Assembly: GCA_964187785.1 (NCBI GenBank)
Contig: OZ076409.1
Coordinates: 20,276,001 to 20,340,000 of the forward strand
DNA: 64,000 nt
Direction of reading: 5' to 3'
Source of the DNA: Amphiscolops sp. MND2022
Taxonomy: Eukaryota
The position numbers and the translations under genes were made by a program. Under the pieces are notes generated by a model, which saw only the letters and a program-made list of their open reading frames with translations, searched no databases and was not told the DNA's origin. Below, in pieces: positions 50,272 to 64,000 of the stretch (the stretch's first letter is position 1; each line of letters begins with the position of its first letter).

Positions 50272-50539
50272 TTAACGTAGTTGACGTAATGCTCAATCGT
50301 TGGTATGCGGCAGTCTATCAGTATGTTTTTTACACTTTGCGAACTTTTTTTTTCATATTTGATTTATTTTACCCATTTGAGCATCAGATTGAGAAGCTTC
50401 TGATTGTTCATGTTAACTTTTTTTCACCGAATATCAATGCTTTAGGGGCACCTTTCATAATTCTTAATATCTTTCGCAGTGTAAAATTTTTTTTGTTCGA
50501 CATTTTAATAACCCCCGACCCCACAACAGTACAATAGGA

Positions 50540-53500
50540 TAGGCCTGATCAACGCGTCGAAAAGATGTAGTTGTATTTCTACTTCTAATTCAATTTTACC
50601 CGAGTAGACTGCCATTTCATGTAATGCCTTTTTAACTTCATCTACATTGTTTTTTATGGTTGTTTGAAAAGTGGTAATAATTTACAACTGTTCCCATATA
50701 CAGAAAAGTATCAACACGTTTAATTGGTGTAGCATACACAAAGACATCGGAAAATTTGTTAATTTCCCTCATGAATATACCATAAACTTTGTCTTTGCAA
50801 CATTAAATTTCGTATTGCTTTCCATGCCGTACTCTGCTGTTGCGTCTGGTGCTTTTTGCATATCGAGTTCACTTCCGCTCATAAGCACGGTATCACATGC
50901 ATATAGCAGGGCGAACATATTTAACCACAAACCAAGATCTGAGGGATCTGTGTTTAAACTAAATTCGGACAGAAGTTCGATTCCTGTGAACTTCTGACTA
51001 ATAAAACGTTTGAAATCAAAAATGTAAACTATAAACAGAAGAGGTGACAATGTATCCCCTTTTCGTACACCCATTTGACAGTTGAAAACGTCTGATAGCT
51101 CTCCATTGAGCTTCAACACATGCTTTCGCTTTTTGATATAGGTTTCTTATTACTTCTAACACTGTTCTATTTCTGTTCACCGACTGCATGTTTGTCCATA
51201 ATAAGCCTTGGTCAACACGGTCAAATGCTTTCTCGTAATTAATGAAAGTCAGAAACAACTTTTTCTTCATGGCCAGGTACAGTGAGATCAAAGATGTTAA
51301 AACAAAAATTTGGTCGGTACCGTTCACATTTTTTCTAAAACCAACTTGTTCTCTGCCTACCACATTCCTTTCGTCTAGATCACTTTGTATCCTTTCATTG
51401 AGAAGCGCTGTAAAAAGTTTGCATAGACAGCTCGGAAGTGAGATCCCCATGTAGTTGTTTGGATCGTTTCTATTACCTTTCTTGAAAACGGGTTGGTAGA
51501 TCGAGATAGCCCACTCGTCAGGTACTTCAGTCGTTTCTTGTATTCGATTGAAGAACTTAGTCATTACTTTTATTAGGGAGTCAGGAATACTTTTAATGAA
51601 CTCCGGATAAATATTATCGAGACCAGCTAATTTACCGTTGTTCATTTTTTTTCAAACATTTTGTCACTTCATTTTCTGTGAAGGCTTTGCTCAATTCATG
51701 ATTTACTTTTTTTATCTGAATAACAAATTTGAGAGCAAACATTCGTGGAACTGAGACTTTTAAAGTGATTGTACATTTTTGTTATTTCAATAGGTATTCT
51801 TTCGTCTTTCCTATCCAATTTCCTAAAAAAAGACCAGAAGCTTTTAGGATTTTTAGACTGTTTCCTTCTCAAGTTCGAATTTGTATCAACCATCCAAATT
51901 TTCTTTTTCCTACTAAGAAGATCTTTATAATCTCTGAAGGCTGTTTTTCTTTCATTTTTATCGTTCCACTTGTTAGGCCATCGTAATCTCTTTCGGAATA
52001 TCGAGCGTTTCGATTGACATTCTGTATCGAACCACCTGTTATTAGAGGTAAAAGTAGGTTTGCCCTGACTTTCACTTAAAGCACCTACTCTCCTTGCACT
52101 ATCACATATAAATTCTTTCATAGTACTCATATTTTCCTTCAGCATAATCGGGGTATTTACTGTTTTGACCAATTTTTCAAGTGCGGTCATTTCTTTCTTG
52201 TTAATTTCCTCATAGAACCATACTTGCATTAGTCGATTCCATCTGCGCAGCTTCTGATTCCTTTCATAAATCTTTACCGGAACGTGTTTTTGATTTTTGA
52301 GTTCCATAGCAACAGGGCAGTGAACATCGGACAAGCTTGGATCAAATTCATGTACTGATTTCTCACTTACGTCGTTGAAGCCATGGTAGTCCACGATGGA
52401 ATGGTCCTTTGCACTTTCCCCGTTATGCGTTATGCAGCTGTAATTGCCTGAGTTTCGATCTTTTAGCCTTCCATTTACCAGTACACTTTCTATGTTTTTG
52501 CACCAATCGATCAGTAGTATACCATTCGTAATAATTCTCGAATCCTTATTAAATCTTGGTGGTACTTGTTCATCTTCGTCATTGATAACAATATAGTCAA
52601 TCAAATTGCCGGTACGGGCAATAAAATATCCCATTAGTAATAGTTTTTTATCCGGGTTTTTGTATTGTAGTATATACTTTTGTAATTTCTCAAAAGTCGA
52701 GCTGTTCCAGTACCTTGAGTTTTCACAAAGCATATAACATAAACCAATCGAGTAAGATTTGGCGTCCATTCTCAATTTAACCCACAGACCTATATTGCTT
52801 TCTTTGTACTAACGACATAATGTTCTGCGTACTAACAGTGCCAGACCTACTCCCTTGAGACATAGCTCAACTACTCCCGTAAGCACTTCGTGTTCTCCGA
52901 ACTCGATACTGTCAAATGCGTTAGTGAGTGTTTAAGTCGGGCCTATTACATCATATGCTTTGACTAATTTTTGAAGTTCTTTTAGGTTTAATTTACTTCC
53001 TATTCCACGAACGTTTGGATTGAGGCGTTTGATTTTAATCCCTGGGTTCATTGGAACGGGTTTGCTTCTACTTGGTTTACACAGTTTGATTGCTACTTCC
53101 ATAAGACTTCTTTTAACTTTTCATCATCCCGGGCCAAGTTTTGATCGAAGTTCATCAAGAGTCTCCATTGTTCCAAGCAACTCTTTCCTATTGTATTAAG
53201 ACGACATTCATTTGTGAAGACTTTGAAACCTTCTTTTTTCAAATGATACAGCGCAGAAGTTCTCTCTCTCTCTCTCGTCAATTGCTCTTGCACATATACA
53301 GTGTATTGGTTGTCAGAAGGTTTAAGATGGTGCTTGAATTTCAGGGTATCATTTTTCACGGTTCATCTGATGAACTTGACAATGATTGGCTTAGGTTCAC
53401 CTCGCGTTCGGTTCCTCGCTTGCAGCCGATGACTGATAGAGACATTAGTATGAGATATATTGACGCCCATTGCCAAAGCAGTCTCCACTATTTCTCAGTC

Positions 53501-54100
53501 GTGTTTTCCTCTCCAGTCTCATGCAGTCGGAAGAATAGCAGACAGTCTCGCCTAATGTACTGTTCGTTTGCTTCCAACTGACTTGCTGTCATTATATCCA
53601 AGTTTGTTTTCGTTGTTTCGTTTTGCTTTTCTGCCAATGTTTCTGGTGGGGTTGGCACTGATCTGTTTTGCTGCTGTAGTGCTTCTGGTACTTTCTGGTT
53701 AACGAGTTCAGCAAAACTCTTTTTATCTGACTTCATGTCCTGTTCCATTTCTCGCTTGGTCTGAATCAAATCTTTGATATTGATCTGCATGTCAGCCTTA
53801 TCCAATTTAGTTTCACAGCGTTTTCCAGAGTGGTAACTTTTTCATTTGTGTCCTTCTGAGTTTCGTGTAAACTGACTACAAATTGTGCAATTGTAGTGAG
53901 TTCCGATTCGATGGTTTCATGTCTTCTTTCAGTCACATCTAATGGTTCATTGATTCTCGAGGCGGTTCGAAGCAATACATTCTTTCACTTTTTTGAATTC
54001 TCCATTCATGTTCGGTGTTAGTGCTTCTCGAATTTCTTCACTAAGGATGGAATCAAAGACTCTACGAACTCATTTGCGGTCAAGCCTTCAGCTCCATGTT
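50540..54100 (-). mobile_element. Decayed LINE with ORF1 and APE-RT ORF2 (RTEX/CR1-group-like)
   Basis: ORF1: coiled coil, LE.NEQY.RRDCL.F and V.EQLTRE. APE: LLMG.F.ARTG, NGR and SDVH.P. RT: GK.AG.D.I..E, P.FKKG..DPNNY.GISL..CLCKLFT, Y.KAFD.V, GVR.GD.LSPLLF and LLYA.DT. Confidence 0.88.
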
Positions 54101-54795
54101 GACGTGGCGTTGACGTTAATGGTGACACTTCTATGCAAGTTGGACTTTTCGAACTTTTAGGGGTTATTCGCGCGGAGTTTTGGCTATACTAATGCTGCGA
54201 TCTTAGCATCATATCCGATGTTGGCGCCAGTCATCAGAAGGCGGAGAAGGTCGATTTAGAACATGCTGGTTGAGAAACAAGACTTAAACTCTTGAAAACT
54301 TAGAAGAAATTTTGAAGAAAAGTCGAACGTCAATTTTCATCAAACCCCCCCCCCAAATGGGTTTTCTCAAAAACTGTTAACTCTAGAGCCATGAAACTTG
54401 GCACACATACGCAAGTACCTAACACAAACACACCGGCAAACTTTCAAGGTCATCCACCTATTATAACCCCCTTTACCCCTCACATGTGTAGTATTCAAGG
54501 TCATTGAACCAAAAATGTAAACTTTGTTATTTACCATTATGACCACATTAGAAGGTAACTCTGTTGAAACTGATGATATTTACATTGTGTAAACATGCTT
54601 CTAGGCCCACCCAACAAACATGCCAAAACCACCATGTGCTTTGTTTACATAGCCATCAATTTTAATAATTCACTTAAATGTCATATATTTATACCGCATA
54701 TTTCAACTGATATTTGCTTATATTTACTGTAGAATTGTAAACCACATTTATACCATTATTAGATAGCGATTTTCTCCACGGAATAGCTATAGTCA

Positions 54796-57032
54796 AGTTG
54801 GGTCTCAGGACCGCGAGACTAATTATTCAACTTCTCAATCTTCGCAACTTTTCGCTAGAGTTAGAGCGACTAAGTAGCTACTCTCATAGTTGGAGTGCCG
54901 GAGCGCGTGAAGATACCGTGAGGGAAGTGTGCTACGGATCGCATCGGATCCAAATCAGTGCAAAGAAGAATCGCAGGAGTTTCCTACGGGTCACATCGAG
55001 CCCACCAGCTAAAAGATACAGTCCTTTAAAACAAAAAAACCAGGATTTGTTTAGTAACGGTCCACAGTACTAAGCAACGGATCAGGGCGGCGTAAAGTTT
55101 GTCAAGCCTCAGCGCAGGATAAAGGCAAGCAGCCGTTACATTTGGTCCGCCGACCCGGACAACTCGTTGGTGGACGACCCTGACTAGAAGAAGACGACGC
55201 GTTGGTGGACAACTGAGAAGATTGCCCAGGAAGAGTAAGTGTCTGGAACTTGGAGTCTCTGAGTTTGTTTCTCTGGAAGTTTGGGCTACTGTGTCTCTGG
55301 GAGATTGGGCTACTGTGTCTCTGGGAGATTGGGCTTTTGTGTCTCTGGGAGTTTGGGCTAATGTGACTTTGGGAACTGAGTTCAATCAAGAAGAGAAGAG
55401 ATGGCTCAACCAAAACGATTTGATATCAACAAAGTTGAAAACTTCCTGAAGAACTCCGCGGACAAGGCCCAAACGTGGAGTTATTGGAATGCAGCTGTCA
55501 ATCAGGGCAAGTCTCTCGAAGAAATTGATGAAAATCTAGCTAGCAATGATGACGACAAGCAGATAGCGGAGCTACTGTTAAGACGAACAGATGCTATGAA
55601 CCGGCGAGAACGACTCATTAAGGCAGTCGAAAATGCGATAAAATTCAAGTATCAACTGCAGATACCCAAAACAATCTCAGCAGTGAACAAAGAAATAAAG
55701 AGTCGATTTGTTGAGTTGCAGCAACAAAACTCTAGAATTGGAAGGATGATAATACTGATGTCAGCATTGCAGGATGAAAATCAGATACTGAACTACCTGG
55801 ATTGGATCGTGAAGAAAAGAAACGCGCTATTGATGAAAGAATCGTACACAACGAAAAGTTGACAAACGAACGAATTGAAAACGGCGAGGACGCCGAAGCA
55901 GATAATGCAGCAGAAATGTTGCATCATGTCAAGATTTGCTTCGAGAGAGGTCTGACCTCAAACTGAAAATTGAAGCTCTCCTGAAGTCAGGAGAAGCTGG
56001 AGCCATCTTGCGAAGCCTTGAGGACGCCGAACAAAGACTAGCAGACGTTCGCGCCAGCGTAGCCGCAGACAAATCAAGTAAAAATGGCACTTCACCACAA
56101 CTAGACGATGAGCTAAGGAAACCCAATGAACCCAACGCGGAAGACAGCCAAAAGCCAAGGAACGAAGCTAGTTCACAGCCAATAGAAGAATTGAGCATAC
56201 ACTCGCGAGGTGACAAATCCAAAAGCAACAAAACCTCGGTGTTTTCGAAAACGTCAAGTGTAAGAAGAATCCTTGATTTGGAGATAAAAGCTTTGAAAGA
56301 GCAAGAATAATTGCAAACCCGCCTGGAAAAACTCAGACGTGAAGCTAAAGAAATTGAAATAGCTGACATGCAAGAAGAGTTGGCTCGCAAAGCTAGAATT
56401 GCCGAAAAAGAAATAGAAAGAGCGAAAGTCTCGAGTAGTTGTGGGTCTAGCTTCCGAAGTATCTCACCAGTCGGGACTCCCGATGACAATCTGACGAAAG
56501 TTTCAGAATGGATGGACAAGACAGAAGAAGCTGAAAGCGTGGCATCGTCGATTAACGTGCCACCAGGTTACCAGCAAATGTCCACCTCAGCACCAGTGAT
56601 TACAGTACGATCAACTCATGGAGGACAAAGCTCCGCGCAAGTGAGGGATTTGAAGTCCTCATTGAAACCGGTCATGTCCACAGAGGCCGCTGTGCGAGAT
56701 ATTGGAAAAGACAGAACGAAGACTGTCATAGGAGTTGGCAGCCAAAGAGCAACAGCACAACCAGAAGTGAAATTCGCCTCATCGAAGCCGTCGATGACTC
56801 TCAGTGCAGACCAGAATCGGTTACCACCTACGTTTGGAGGCATTCCGAGTGGTGCATTTCAAGTACCACAGCTTGCGAACACACAGAAGCAGTATTCGCC
56901 AAGTCAAGGGCCAAACATGGCGTCGAACGTAAGAGATGACTACTACATCAGATCTAGCTTGCCAAAACTGAAATTGGCAGAATTTTCAGGTGACCCATTG
57001 GAGTGGCCAGAGTGGTCACAACTGTTCCAAGC
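54796..57032 (+). mobile_element. BEL/Pao element 5' part: LTR, PBS and decayed gag
   Basis: The LTR ends ...TTACA (55140), then TT and PBS TGGTCCGCCGACCCGGA (compare the tRNA-Tyr PBS TGGTCCTTCGAGCCGGA of BEL). Coiled-coil gag ORFs end in LPKLKLAEFSGDPLEWPEW..F (start of DUF1759). The LTR start is approximate. Confidence 0.85.
55265..55376. repeat. 24-bp minisatellite in the BEL 5' leader, about 4.5 copies
   Basis: Unit TGTGTCTCTGGGAGATTGGGCTAC. Confidence 0.85.
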
Positions 57033-57639
57033 AAGAGAATTCAGTCAAAAGAGAATCCTTGACGCTTTGAGGTACCTGAACGGATCACCGACCGGTGCCG
57101 TTCCCGGCTTGTTTTTCCGAAGCAAACGAAAATTCGACACAGTCAGGAAGCCTCTCGTTGAATATTAGATCCAAATTTCAAATTTATTTATACTTCAGGT
57201 ACATAGTTTGTATTTTTCTGGCATCAACAACGCTTCCACAAACTCTTCTCTCAGTATCTTTGAAAAACAGACCGCTTGAATATTTCAATTTTTTTCAGAC
57301 AGAGCGAGGCACCGACGTTGATCTCTTTGGAAAATATTCGAACGTGGTAACCACTTTTCGCTGGTTTGGCAGTACAGTTAAGCACAAAACGCTGGTCGTC
57401 TTTATCAGTAGAATCCTTTTGTTGCTAGAGCGGAGCTACGTCAATAACGTTGACACTGAAATTACGGGTGATAAAACGCTTTCTTCCGAACTATTAAACT
57501 ACGAGCTTTGTCTTTGTGAAGATCGTTATGTCTCGATTTTCGAAAACCAAAAAGCGCGAAAAGTAAACTTTAAGTTGTCTTTCAATCAGACATTGCCCCT
57601 AAAACAATTGGGCATGTTGTATTGGCCCTCAGCATTCTA

Positions 57640-58400
57640 AATGGCAACGCTGCGGGTAATCTGAAGGAGGAAAAACTAACGTTTTAAATATTTTTACAGA
57701 AAAACGGATTTTTCGGCTGCATCTAATTGACTTCAGGCCATTGTTGAGAGAACAATGTAAAAGTGTGAGCTATTTTCGAAAGAGAATTTGTGAAAAAGAG
57801 TCCCTGAAAGTTAACCTCTAAGTCGCGTTTCGTTCCAATTGAGCAAACAAGAAACAATCCTCTATAACAGATGTGTCAATGTACCACAAGGTTCTGTTGC
57901 TGGCCCTGTGTTTTTCAATTTGTATGTCAAGGACTTAACAAGCTTCGGAGACTCAGATCTGAAAGTTTTTGCTGATGATACAACTACTTTCGGAGGTTAC
58001 CTAGATCGATTGTACAGTTAACTTGATTGGCATTTGGATGAGAGTGAACAGAGAGAAAAAACGACAAGACTGCAGCTGCTATTTTTTCTACGAGCTACAT
58101 TTGTGCTTCGTTACTGGTTTTGATCTGCTAGATATAGTCATTTATCCTCTATTGGAAAATCTTGGAGTCGAAACGAATGATTGTTTGTCATTCAAGGATC
58201 ACCTAAGTAAAGCTAAAACTTTAGTATATACTTTTCCGTAATTACAGTGTCTTACGTACAAGAGCTCTTCTAAATAGAACTGTTATCAATTTATACCAAA
58301 ACACACGTCAAGCTGATTTTGGCTGTTAATTTGGTTTAATGGCTGCCCTGCTTTTTAGAAAATCCACGAATTTTTCTAAGTTCAAAAACGAGATATAGTA
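57640..58400 (+). mobile_element. Decayed LINE RT fragment
   Basis: VPQGSVAGPVFFNLYVKDL..FADDT and LG....LSF..H. Boundaries are approximate. Confidence 0.65.
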
Positions 58401-61400
58401 ACAATCTGTTTTCTAACCAAATACGCTAGCGTGACTGGTTATATGACCAAAAATCAACTTCAAATAAATTACGAGGTACGCTTCGAGCTTTTCAAGTTCG
58501 TTTTGACGTGTAACCGTCAAATACGTTCGCATAAATCGCTCGATGAAAGTATAACACCCCAAAACAATATCTGATGTGAGCGCTCCATGAAAAGACTCCA
58601 CTATTCGGTTTCTTTCGTTGTCTAGAACTGGTAATTTACCCGACAATTCCACAATTACAGCATGGTCTCTAACAGATTATTCGAAAAGTCCAAATTGGTG
58701 CAGAAGATTCATTATTTTGAGTAATCCAGAACTGGTAGACTTCGGGTTTAATGTCCGGAAATGATCGTTTCAGAACATCCAAAAGAAAATTGATGGAAGT
58801 TGATACCATTGAAAATTCTTTATCTCACCCCTGATGGAAGAAATCCCTCGTTTGTGTTCCAATGAGCTTTTATCTATGGTCCCTGTGATCAATATGGGTT
58901 TTTGAACTGGTAAAATCGGGGCATCAGATGTCTGGACGCTGCAAAATGATAAAAGGGGTCACGAGTTCCAAGTTTTTGTTCTAGGTTTTTTGAGATCATT
59001 TCAATCTTTTTTTTTGGCTTCCCTGTCGATGGGCTTTCCTGCCATCTAGGTGTATCTCATGGGATGGAAACCATTCATAATGCTGATACAACTAGACTAC
59101 GTTACTTTTCTTGTCATTGTCAAAAAGTTCGAAAATTTTGAGTCATGGTGTTTACAAGAACTTATATCCATGTATGAAGTTTTACTCTCTTCAATTACTT
59201 GAGTCTTCATTATTCTTTAAGAACGTCGCAGTTAGACCAGTGGTAATTCAGAGCAGCTGTCGCCTTTCGATTCGGTTCCTAAGTTTTATAGGACCTCCGC
59301 CTACGTTTTTTTTAGTTCTGTGGCTATTTCGCAAAACAAGAAACAAAGATAATTCCGGAAAAAGTGAAAACAAACATATTTGACAGAATTTCTTTTCTAT
59401 TGCTTGTGATAAGTCTTTCGTCAAGTGGGCCTGTGCCCTGGGAAGCCTTTTGTGTTGAATTTGTGTTATGTACTTTTTTCATTGATATTTTTCTGCATTT
59501 ATCATTCAACAGTAAATTAGTTTATCATCGTTATAGATCTCAATCCATTGATTTCAAGGAGAAAAGATTAAATCGTTAAATATAAAAGGTTTTGGGAATC
59601 TGGCGGTGCCGAAAAGGTCAAATGGGACACTTTCTCTGAAATTTTTAAACTGGAACGTTTTTGGTTTGCGTCAAACATTTTGAAAAGAAAGTGCGATTGG
59701 TAATCGATATCCAGTAAATTTCGTTGCCAAACAAGGAACTTTCTCAGCACCTGCATGAATTTTGACTGCTTCAAACGATTCTAGGGACATTTTTACATTT
59801 TTAAGGCTGGGGTGTGGCCAATAAACACGACCTTGCAAAATGACTTCGAGAATTTTGAAGCTATTAGGTTTCCTTTTTTCATTGCAAGTGTATGCTCAGT
59901 AGCTAAATGTTTTGGGTAAATGTTTCTTCCCTGAGCTTTGTGAATGATCACCCCCACAGAAGTTTCTTTATTTTGGACAAAAAATCGACTAAAGGGTCAA
60001 ACATTTTTCGCACTTTTTTTTGCTAACTGTGGCATTTTTCAAGTGAAAAAAGAACAAATACATATGACATGGGCATGTTTTGTGGTAGGTGAAAAACGTG
60101 GTCTTGAAAAATCTACTTTGGATGATTCACAACTATGACATGTTTCCTTACAGGGTTGAGCTAAACCACGGGGTCGTCAATCTCTAATAACTATTATTTC
60201 ATGGGTTTTTGTGAGAAAAATAGGCCCCTGTGGGTCACAGTATCATTTCTGCTTTCAGGCTTTCATGTTCAATAATAGAAGCCCGACTTGATCATTTATA
60301 TAGAGCACAATTAATGACTCTACCAGTTTACATCGCCTTTAATTCTTCTCGGACTAAAGAAAATATAACTACTAAGCGTAGACGAAATTTGGCATTCGCA
60401 TTTGAATGCAGGTGAAGCTCCCGGCGAATGAATAACACTCGTTCGCTTCATCTCAATAACTCGGCGCACGAATGCATAATTACCACTCGCTCGTTTCATC
60501 GCACGAGAAACGGATTGTTGTCGGCAGCTTGAGAAATTTAAACATCCCGCTTATACTAACTGCCGAACAAAATATCTGAATTTTTCAGTAGGTACTTGAT
60601 ATCACAAGAATTGTAGTGAAAAAGTTGAATTCTTGAGATTTCAATAATATTCCTGCTATCGCAGAAATGATAAAGGATTCATGTTCTGAGGAAAACATTG
60701 AGATCAAGAAATATTTGCACTGTTACAACAATTGATGTTCTCTGCAACAGTTATCTCGCTAAGTTGCTGATTAGCGTGTCAAAACTCTGCTCAGGGCACC
60801 AATTATTGTAACTGCGAACAAAAAAAGCGGCGACTGATGGATTATCCAAATTCGAAGTTTCCTCGGAAAATACACAGAGTTTCGAAATGAACTCCGAAAA
60901 ATTCCAACTCGTACACTTGTAGAACTCACACTGAGAGATTTTAGTCTTTCTTGCAAAAATTCAATGAGTTATTGAATTTTGAAACATACTTGAATTCAAA
61001 CATTTAATAATTTCAAGAAAGTTTCTCAGCGAAATGGTGACTGAAATCAGCGAGAAAAACCAGCAATGTAATAAGCCCTCTGGTCCTGAGTAAACCATAT
61101 TGAAACCGAACATCTCTATTCTATTGTGATCTCATGTAAACATACTTGAACGAATCCGGCTTCCTGTGCTGTAAAGTTTCTACAGCGCTCATCTTGGCGC
61201 GAAGTATCAAAAGTTTTTCTCCACAAAATTTTACGAATTCCAAAGTCAAAGTTTTTGGGTTCTACTAGTTTTCATTTCAATGCCTACCATCCACGTAATT
61301 AAAGACTGAAAAATTCAGTGCTAATAATTATAGGCTCCACACTTTTGGCGCATTGATTTTCAAGTCAATCTAAAAAGTCAGTTTTATGAGAAAACTATTA

Positions 61401-62786
61401 TACAGAGCTAGTAATAGCCGTCTACATAGAACGCGAGGTCGCAAGATTTCATGCTCCCAGAGCTTCTAGTTGAATTGTCGACTAAAATTGGTGATCCGAG
61501 CATACGAACGCCGAAACTACAAAAATTTTTGCTCATTCGAATTTTCAAAGGAGCGTGGGAGACATTAAACCACAGTAAAACCATGCTTCTTGAAAAACCT
61601 TCATTACTTTTGGTCACTAGACGTTCAACTTTGAAGTTTATGGACTCAAATTTATGATATGGCACAGCATGACATAGAAATTAGTCATACTATAATATAT
61701 TAAAAATACGATATGAGTTGTTCTATGATGAAAACAACACGTCGCTTTTTCAGTAACCACGTCACAAAAACAGATACTTCAAAAACGCAGTAAATCATGA
61801 TTTCAGATGTCTCAAAATTTGATCTAGTTTGACGTGCTAGGATCATTCTAAGAGCATGCGGTTCTATTTTCTGAACAATTACTCTTATCTCGAAAATCAA
61901 ACAAGAGAGATGCCCATAGGCGGTCTTTAACCAACAGCAGAACATGAATGAGCATGTTGGAAAGTGGCAAAGTCCATATCAAGAATTTGTTCGACTTAGA
62001 ACTGATCAGTAGCAGTTTCCAGTGGCGTAGAATGGAAGTTAATATTGGTTTCTGTGAAGGTATGAGGAATGTACAAAGAAAGAATTCCCCACATGCTTTG
62101 TTGAATTTGACAGTGGTCAGTGGTATTTGCAGTGGCCCCAATAAGCAATATTAAAATCAACGCCATGTTTGACCGCTATCACTTATCTAAACATTTCTGT
62201 ATGCCGAGATCACTGGTTTGAAGCCAACCCAATCAGCAGAAATACTCAAGTACAAGACACTCTTCCAAACCGGGGACCTTTTTCCTTAACTACCCCCCTC
62301 CCCCAACCAACACGCGGGAAATTGTTCTAAAATTGAAAAAAATTGTAATGAATTAGTAGCTGACTGTATGTAATCATGTGACGTCAACAAAAAATCTGAA
62401 TAAGAATCGGAATTGTGTTGACGTATTTTTAGTACAATAACTGAGGTAAAAATTGAATTTTTACAACGCGTGGAGGGAGGGGGGTGGAAGGCGGCATACT
62501 GCCGTGGTTATATTCTTATAATCTCTAAAACCAAAAAGCAGCTCAAATAACGAACAGTTTTTTATCAAAGAACTAATTTTAAAGCTCTATCGATGACCAT
62601 CCAAAATAAATAAAACAGGTATAAAAGCATATAAAATACATCATGGCATCGTGCATTTACGATAAATTCCGATTCACATATGTGCTCATCATCTAGCTCC
62701 CATGACAAAACCGTAGAGATGAAATACGGCAAAAATTACTGGATGAAACAGCATTCGGGGAAATAAAGAGACTGTGTGTGGAATTG

Positions 62787-63238
62787 GGTGTCAGGACATT
62801 TCATCCTATGCACTTTCAACCTATGCACTTTCAACCGTTGCCATTTCAACCGCTCACAATTTCAACCTATTGCATTTTCAACCGTTCGCAATTTCGACCT
62901 AAACTAATTTTAGGTAATGGATCCTAATTAGCTACATAATTATTTTGGTGGTTTTAACTTTCATACATTTCTAAATCAAATGTGCTAATTTTTCACGCCA
63001 GTTTCGATACGTTTTGGCTTCTTCATGAATAATTACAATTAATTAAGGCTGTTTGATTCATTAGTAATCATTACAGTGAAAGATTAGCTCAACCGAATTA
63101 AGACTAAATAGCCAACATTAGTTTAGGTCGAAACGGCGGACGGTTGAAAATGCAATAGGTTGAAATTGTGAGCGGTTGAAATGGCAACAGTTGAAAGTGC
63201 ATAGGTTGAAATTGCATAGGACGAAATGTCATGTAACC
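62787..63238. mobile_element. MULE/Foldback-type MITE with long modular TIRs
   Basis: Perfect 9-bp TSD GTGGAATTG (62778-86, 63239-47). TIRs of about 120 bp are built from ~15-bp TTTCAACC subunits. Confidence 0.92.
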
Positions 63239-63586
63239 GTGGAATTGAACAAGCAACTGTCGGCACTCGCGCTAATTAGGTGACTGATTAATTCGAATGC
63301 AAGTATATTTTCAAATTATAAGACAGTTGCTTTTTCGAAGGAGAAAGTTCTGTAAATGCTAGAGAAGAATTTCAAAAACAATAAAGTAGAAAATTTATTC
63401 CAATATTATTTCTTTACAAATTTAAATAAATAGGCAATTTGTGCTGCTGGGTCAATAGATCACTGCAAACAGTCTTCATCAGAGACGACAGAAGTTAATA
63501 GGAGACAAATGGCAATAAATTAGGTCAACGTGGACACAAATCCACATTTTTCCTACCCCCTACAGTTACGGGAACTTCGGGTCAAT

Positions 63587-63941
63587 CAGGGTTGGCTGAT
63601 TATAATCATTGATTACAATCAGATCATAATCAGCCTGATTGAACCTAATTTAATCATGATTGATTAAAATCAGTCAAAATGAGCAACTTTTTTTGACCTA
63701 AATGAGTATTTTTTATCTACGAATCGATCACAGTTTGACTTTCGTTCTGAGCACTGGAAAATCAGAAAGCGTTTTTATCACTAGACTTCGTTCATTCGAC
63801 TGAAAATCAATGCAGAGTTAGAAAACTGCAGAGTTAGAAAATGAATGCATAGTTTTCTGAATGATTTTTAATCTTGATTACAATAATTTTATTCGGATTA
63901 AAATAATTAAAATATTTTAATCCAATTGAAAACCAACCCTG
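63587..63941. mobile_element. hAT-type MITE
   Basis: TIRs CAGGGTTGG / CCAACCCTG. Degenerate 8-bp TSD GGGTCAAT/GCCTCAAT. Interior rich in GATT/AATC. Confidence 0.7.
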
Positions 63942-64000
63942 GCCTCAATCTACATCAGCTAATTGTTTTTAATTAAATCCAAGTGACAAAATGGCATAAT

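Noticed and set aside
55026..55449. ORFs with repeated SPRDTVAQ / VSLGDWAT peptides as a repeat protein
   Set aside because: These are translations of a 24-bp minisatellite in the BEL leader, between the PBS and gag.
1..57032. The two BEL/Pao fragments as ends of one giant element
   Set aside because: They are on the same strand but in the wrong order (3' pol at the left, 5' LTR-gag at the right), and no shared LTR sequence is seen.
61400..62260. Possible decayed coding or viral fragment
   Set aside because: Short overlapping ORFs on both strands with no recognisable motif.

Overview
AT-rich, intron-containing eukaryotic (invertebrate animal-like) DNA dominated by transposons; the species cannot be fixed from the sequence alone. 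Two host genes can be fully reconstructed on the + strand. The first is an NDFIP-family (Nedd4 family-interacting protein) gene with 4 coding exons (5970-5987, 6199-6420, 18143-18251, 19577-19941; 237 aa). The second is a SIRT2-type sirtuin with 5 coding exons (33517-33762, 35430-35583, 38958-39177, 39606-39732, 41417-41635; 321 aa). Mobile elements include two BEL/Pao fragments, a Penelope-like element with an inverted terminal repeat and a hammerhead-like motif, a CRE-clade non-LTR element, an intact Tc1 (DD34E), a decayed Polinton/Maverick-type pPolB region, several LINEs, a full-length decayed Mag-like Gypsy, tRNA-derived SINEs, and hAT-, MULE- and piggyBac-type MITEs. The NDFIP 3' end is tandemly triplicated (~2.56 kb unit). 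The most notable leads are a ~135-bp core shared by three MITEs with different TIRs, an N-myristoylation consensus on SIRT2, inverted inner repeats in the Tc1, the Penelope hammerhead, and a chimeric middle copy in the triplication. All calls come from reading the sequence; no database search was run.
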